Part shown: piece by piece, positions 60,161 to 64,000 of the stretch
Position numbering within the stretch: the stretch's first letter is position 1
Layout of the letters: the number at the start of each line of letters is the position of its first letter
Assembly: GCA_043814965.1 (NCBI GenBank)
Contig: JBDRJN010000005.1
Location: forward strand, 4,858 to 68,857
DNA length: 64,000 nucleotides
Direction: 5' to 3'
Origin: Candidatus Omnitrophota bacterium
GTDB lineage: Bacteria; Omnitrophota; Gorgyraeia; Gorgyraeales; Gorgyraeaceae
Position numbers and translations under genes: made by a program
Notes under the pieces: generated by a model
What the model saw: the letters and a program-made list of their open reading frames with translations, nothing else
Database searches by the model: none
Told to the model about the DNA's origin: nothing

Positions 60161-61558
60161 TTAACCACAAACCTTGTCTCTACCCTGCCTCTTGGCCATG
60201 TAGAGCCTTTCATCAGCCTTTTGTATCAATTCGTCAATCAGTTTTGCATCTTCCGGAAAACTCGCTACCCCTGCTGAGATCGTTATATGGGTCTCGACCC
60301 GGCGCAGCTCTATAGATTCTTTTTTAATGGCCTTTCTCAGGTCTTCTGCTGCTATCTTGGCCTTTTTTTTTGGAGCAGCAGGCAGCAATACGGAAAACTC
60401 TTCTCCGCCGTATCTAGCGACTATGGCTCCTTCAAAAGTCTTTTTAAGTAACTTTGAAAGCGTAACAAGCACTATATCGCCTGCTGCATGGCCATACTGG
60501 TCATTATAATTTTTAAAATTATCGATATCTATCATAAGCAGCGAACAGCTTATATCGTCATGCAAGGCTCTCGCAATCTCTTCATGCAGCCTCTCCAAAA
60601 AATACCTACGCAGGTATAGGCCCGTAAGTCCATCCCTGATAGCAAGGTCTAAAGTCTCTTTATAAAGATTGGCGTTTTGCAGGCTCACTGCTCCCAAGTC
60701 ACACAATATATCGAGGAGCCTGAGGTCTTCGGTAGTATAGTTCCCGGGTTTTATATGTTCAAGCCGTATCAATCCCAAAAAATGTTTGCCGGCGATCAGG
60801 GGGCATGATATGACAGACCTGAAATCCCTCCTATATTCATTGATGCCTTTCTCGCTAAAACGAAAGTCCTTCCTTATGTCATCGACTATAAGGCACTGCC
60901 TTTGTTTAAACACCCACTCATCCAATACATCTCCTTTTTTTGCCTTTATTTTATCTACGCTGTTTTCCATACGTGAAGAAAAAAGGCTGAGTTCTTGTTT
61001 TTCAGTGTCGACCAGGAACAGCATTATGTTCTTTGTCTTTCCTATTATCTGCAATGCATTGTCTATTATATGTTCTATCACTTCATCCAGTACAAGCGTT
61101 GAGCTCAATATAGACATGACCTTTTCGAGATGTTTATACCTATCTCCCTTCTTATCCAAAGACACTGCGTCCCTCGTGTGTTTCCTGAATTGGTCTTCCA
61201 ATAAGTTGATGTTCTCCTCCGTTTCTTCTATCCTGGTAGATATCATCCGCTCATGGTACTCGACCTTTTTTAACTGTGCTTTTATAATAAAAAAAACTGT
61301 TAAAAATAGCCCGATATGCAGTAAATAATAAAAATTAGCAGCTATGGACAATATGATGGTAAGGACAATGGAGGCGATAAGAAAAGATACCCCTCTATAA
61401 AATCCAAGATAATGCAGACTTATTATGATTATAAAATTATAAAGAAATATGCTGGGATCTTTTAAAAGGTGTGTCTTGAAGACAAGGAACGAGACCAAGA
61501 TAAAACCTAAACTCGAAAAAATGAATATTTTTAGTTTATTCAGATCGCCTGATCCCAT
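60161..61558 (-). CDS. Membrane diguanylate cyclase (TM, coiled coil, GAF, GGDEF) lacking the RxxD I-site
   Basis: About four TM segments; GAF (DDIRKDFRF, SVISCPL); RDGLTG, DIDNFKNYND, RYGGEEF preceded by FEGAIVA. Confidence 0.9.
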   Translation of the reverse strand: MGSGDLNKLKIFIFSSLGFILVSFLVFKTHLLKDPSIFLYNFIIIISLHYLGFYRGVSFLIASIVLTIILSIAANFYYLLHIGLFLTVFFIIKAQLKKVEYHERMISTRIEETEENINLLEDQFRKHTRDAVSLDKKGDRYKHLEKVMSILSSTLVLDEVIEHIIDNALQIIGKTKNIMLFLVDTEKQELSLFSSRMENSVDKIKAKKGDVLDEWVFKQRQCLIVDDIRKDFRFSEKGINEYRRDFRSVISCPLIAGKHFLGLIRLEHIKPGNYTTEDLRLLDILCDLGAVSLQNANLYKETLDLAIRDGLTGLYLRRYFLERLHEEIARALHDDISCSLLMIDIDNFKNYNDQYGHAAGDIVLVTLSKLLKKTFEGAIVARYGGEEFSVLLPAAPKKKAKIAAEDLRKAIKKESIELRRVETHITISAGVASFPEDAKLIDELIQKADERLYMAKRQGRDKVCG

Positions 61559-61589
61559 CCGGGAACCATTTTCTGGTAAAAAAACTAAC

Positions 61590-62693
61590 CTATACTATAA
61601 GCTTCTCCGTACCTATGTCAAAAAAGCGGGCCTTGCTCATATCAAATACAGCGTCAAGGTCCTGATTTACTTCAGGCTTATTATGAGAACTGATCCTTGC
61701 CACTAAGTGGCTTTTTCCGGCAGTGATATATAAAAATGCCTCTGCGCCCATCGGCTCCACTATCTCTACCGTAGCCCTCACTGTATTGTCCAGCGATGCC
61801 TCTGATACAAATAGTTTATCATATATATCCTCTGGCCTTATACCAAAGATAACATCTCTTCCTTCATGCTTAGATATCTCATCATACATATCCTCTACTA
61901 TCTTTACTACAAAACTTGTCTCCTTAAAGAAAAAACCATTGCCTTTTTTAATGACCTTGCCTTCTATAAAATTCATTGGAGGGGACCCTATAAAACCCGC
62001 TACGAACTTATTTACAGGCTTATCATAGACTGTAATAGGGTCATCTACCTGCTGTATAATGCCGTCCTTCATGACTACTATCCTGTTACCCATGGTCATG
62101 GCCTCTGTCTGGTCATGAGTAACATATATCATGGTAGACTGCAGTTTAATATGCAGTTTATTGAGCTCTGTCCTCATCTGGACCCTCATCTTGGCATCCA
62201 GGTTACTGAGAGGCTCATCAAACAAAAACACCTTTGGTTTCCTTACAATAGCCCTTCCTACAGCCACTCTCTGGCGCTGGCCTCCTGATAGTTCCATTGG
62301 CCGTCTATTAAGAAGATTTTTGATGCCTAGTATCTCTGCCGCCTCTTTTACCCTCGCATCTATCTCAGGTTTAGGAAATTTCCTCAGCCTTAGCGCAAAT
62401 GACATATTCTCATATACGGTCATATGCGGGTACAGCGCATAGTTCTGAAACACCATAGCGATGTCCCTGTCTTTTGCAGGCATGTCATTGACCAATTTAT
62501 CCGCTATCCATATCTCACCCTTGGTTACAGTCTCAAGCCCTGCTATCATGCGCAAGGTCGTAGATTTTCCGCAGCCAGAAGGCCCTACAAATACTAAAAA
62601 TTCTTTATTTTCTACTCCAAGATTAAAATCTTCGACTGCCACTACATTACCAGGAAAGACCTTTGATACATTTTTTAGGCTGACTTGTGCCAT
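61590..62693 (-). CDS. Carbohydrate ABC transporter ATPase (MalK/UgpC/MsmX family)
   Basis: GPSGCGKST, VFQNYALYPHM, LSGGQRQR, DEPLSNLDA, YVTHDQ, GFIGSPPMN, TOBE C-terminus. Start at ATG 62693. Confidence 0.93.
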   Translation of the reverse strand: MAQVSLKNVSKVFPGNVVAVEDFNLGVENKEFLVFVGPSGCGKSTTLRMIAGLETVTKGEIWIADKLVNDMPAKDRDIAMVFQNYALYPHMTVYENMSFALRLRKFPKPEIDARVKEAAEILGIKNLLNRRPMELSGGQRQRVAVGRAIVRKPKVFLFDEPLSNLDAKMRVQMRTELNKLHIKLQSTMIYVTHDQTEAMTMGNRIVVMKDGIIQQVDDPITVYDKPVNKFVAGFIGSPPMNFIEGKVIKKGNGFFFKETSFVVKIVEDMYDEISKHEGRDVIFGIRPEDIYDKLFVSEASLDNTVRATVEIVEPMGAEAFLYITAGKSHLVARISSHNKPEVNQDLDAVFDMSKARFFDIGTEKLIV

Positions 62694-62721
62694 GGCTAAA
62701 GTCACTCTCTTATAAGATTTA

Positions 62722-63567
62722 TCAATACACCATATAGTCTACTAATTGAGTTACTACATCCTTCATATTTTTGCGGCTCACTACCATATCTATCAGGCCA
62801 TGCTTCAGCAAAAATTCTGACCTCTGGAATCCTTCTGGAAGCTTCTGCCTTATTGTCTGCTCTATTACCCTCGGGCCGGTAAAACCAATAAGCGCGTTTG
62901 GCTCAGCTACTATCACATCCCCTAGAGAGGCAAAACTTGCCAATATCCCTGCCATAGTAGGATTCGTCAGGATCGATATAAATAAAAGCCCGGCTTCATT
63001 GTGTCTTGCCAGGGCAGCTGATGTCTTTGCCATCTGCATCAAGGATATCATGCCTTCATACATCCTGGCCCCTCCGCCAGAGCCAGAGATGATGACAAGA
63101 GGCAGTTTATTTTTTGTGGCGTATTCCGTTATACTTGTCAGTTTTTCGCCCACTACATATCCCATAGAGCCCATTATAAAACGTGAATCAGTAACACCCA
63201 ACGCAAGCTGTCTATTGTTTATGCGGCCTTTCCCTACTATTGCAGCCTCTTCCATGCCTGTAGCAAGCTTGTCTTTTTCGAGTTTTTCCTTATAGCTTTT
63301 AGGCCCCTTAAAATTCAGGATATCCCTGGGTTTCATGTCTTTATAAAATTCCTCGAAACTGCCTTCATCCAAAAACATCGATATACGCTCAAGCGCTGTC
63401 AGGATAAAATGGTAACCACATTTTGGGCAGACCTTGAGATTCTCGTCCAATGTCTTTTTATACATAAGGTCCGAGCATCCCTCGCACTTTACCCAAGTCC
63501 CGTCCGGCACGCCCTTGCGCTTTGAGACCTTTACGACCCTATATTTAGGTTTTCCAAAAATAGGCAT
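62722..63567 (-). CDS. accD: Acetyl-CoA carboxylase carboxyltransferase beta subunit
   Basis: WVKCEGC...VCPKC zinc finger, GSMG, GGARMYEG, GFTGPRVIEQT, LPEGFQRSEFLL. Confidence 0.95.
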   Translation of the reverse strand: MPIFGKPKYRVVKVSKRKGVPDGTWVKCEGCSDLMYKKTLDENLKVCPKCGYHFILTALERISMFLDEGSFEEFYKDMKPRDILNFKGPKSYKEKLEKDKLATGMEEAAIVGKGRINNRQLALGVTDSRFIMGSMGYVVGEKLTSITEYATKNKLPLVIISGSGGGARMYEGMISLMQMAKTSAALARHNEAGLLFISILTNPTMAGILASFASLGDVIVAEPNALIGFTGPRVIEQTIRQKLPEGFQRSEFLLKHGLIDMVVSRKNMKDVVTQLVDYMVY

Positions 63568-63568
63568 A

Positions 63569-64000
63569 CTATATACCGCTGTTAAATATGTTTATCACTA
63601 ACCCTGTCAGGACCTTTGGATAAAAATAAGTGGACTTTTGAGGCATCCTCTGCCCCGAAAGCGCCTTATCCCTGATCTCAGTGATCTTGGTAGGATTTAC
63701 TATTATTGATATAGAGGCCCTGCCTTTTTCTACTTCTTCGATAGCATAATTCAGGTCCTTAGTAAAATCTATAGAAACATCCTCTTTTCTTTTGGATGCT
63801 ATTTTCTCTAACCTAGCTATGATGTCACCATGTAAGACAGTGACATCTAAAGACGCCTTATCTTTTATAGGTACAGACAATCCCAGAAAATCTCTTCCAT
63901 CATACAGGACAAACCTTTTTTCCAGAGCGCTAGCCTTTGATAAAAAATCCTTTATTTCTTGTCTCTCTATGGCCTCATGCCTAAAGTCTTCTTCCAGTTT
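63569..64000 (-). CDS. DUF1015 family protein, C-terminal part (starts beyond the window)
   Basis: C-terminal MPQKSTYFYPK motif and LDVTVLH; the frame stays open from 63880 to the right edge. Confidence 0.85.
   Translation of the reverse strand, partial: KLEEDFRHEAIERQEIKDFLSKASALEKRFVLYDGRDFLGLSVPIKDKASLDVTVLHGDIIARLEKIASKRKEDVSIDFTKDLNYAIEEVEKGRASISIIVNPTKITEIRDKALSGQRMPQKSTYFYPKVLTGLVINIFNSGI

Overview
Low-GC bacterial DNA in which every credible gene is on the minus strand. From right to left: a DUF1015 gene (partial), accD, a sugar ABC ATPase, two membrane diguanylate cyclases, then a roughly 58.7 kb co-directional block starting at a near-leaderless sigma70-type promoter. That block holds a ROK kinase, lptD and a very large surface-glycan locus that runs off the left edge. 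The locus encodes nucleotide-sugar enzymes (Ugd, Uxs, RmlA/B/C-like, UDP-HexNAcA dehydrogenase and epimerase, Gmd/Fcl), export and assembly proteins (Wzi, a large SLBB/Wza-like protein, a mini-Wzz, Wzm/Wzt, a Wzy-like protein, a GT-C), and an EPS-type MarR regulator with its own promoter and palindromic operator. It also carries a GDP-linked legionaminic-acid-type pathway interleaved with amidino, formyl and methyl tailoring genes, three B12 radical SAM genes, four SAM methyltransferases, many glycosyltransferases, and two unusual fusions (FrhB plus pyruvyltransferase; glycosyltransferase plus DUF218). The most striking non-obvious signal is a set of up to five short palindromic or periodic repeat types between 39 and 59 kb. 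One family flanks a stand-alone GIY-YIG nuclease gene in inverted orientation, and three repeats are translated in frame inside proteins (Wzi signal peptide, LptD signal peptide, a loop of Fcl). A Gram-negative host is supported by lptD, Wzi and the Wza-like gene; a PVC-type host such as Ca. Omnitrophota is my inference only. All product calls come from motif recognition by eye; no database searches were run.
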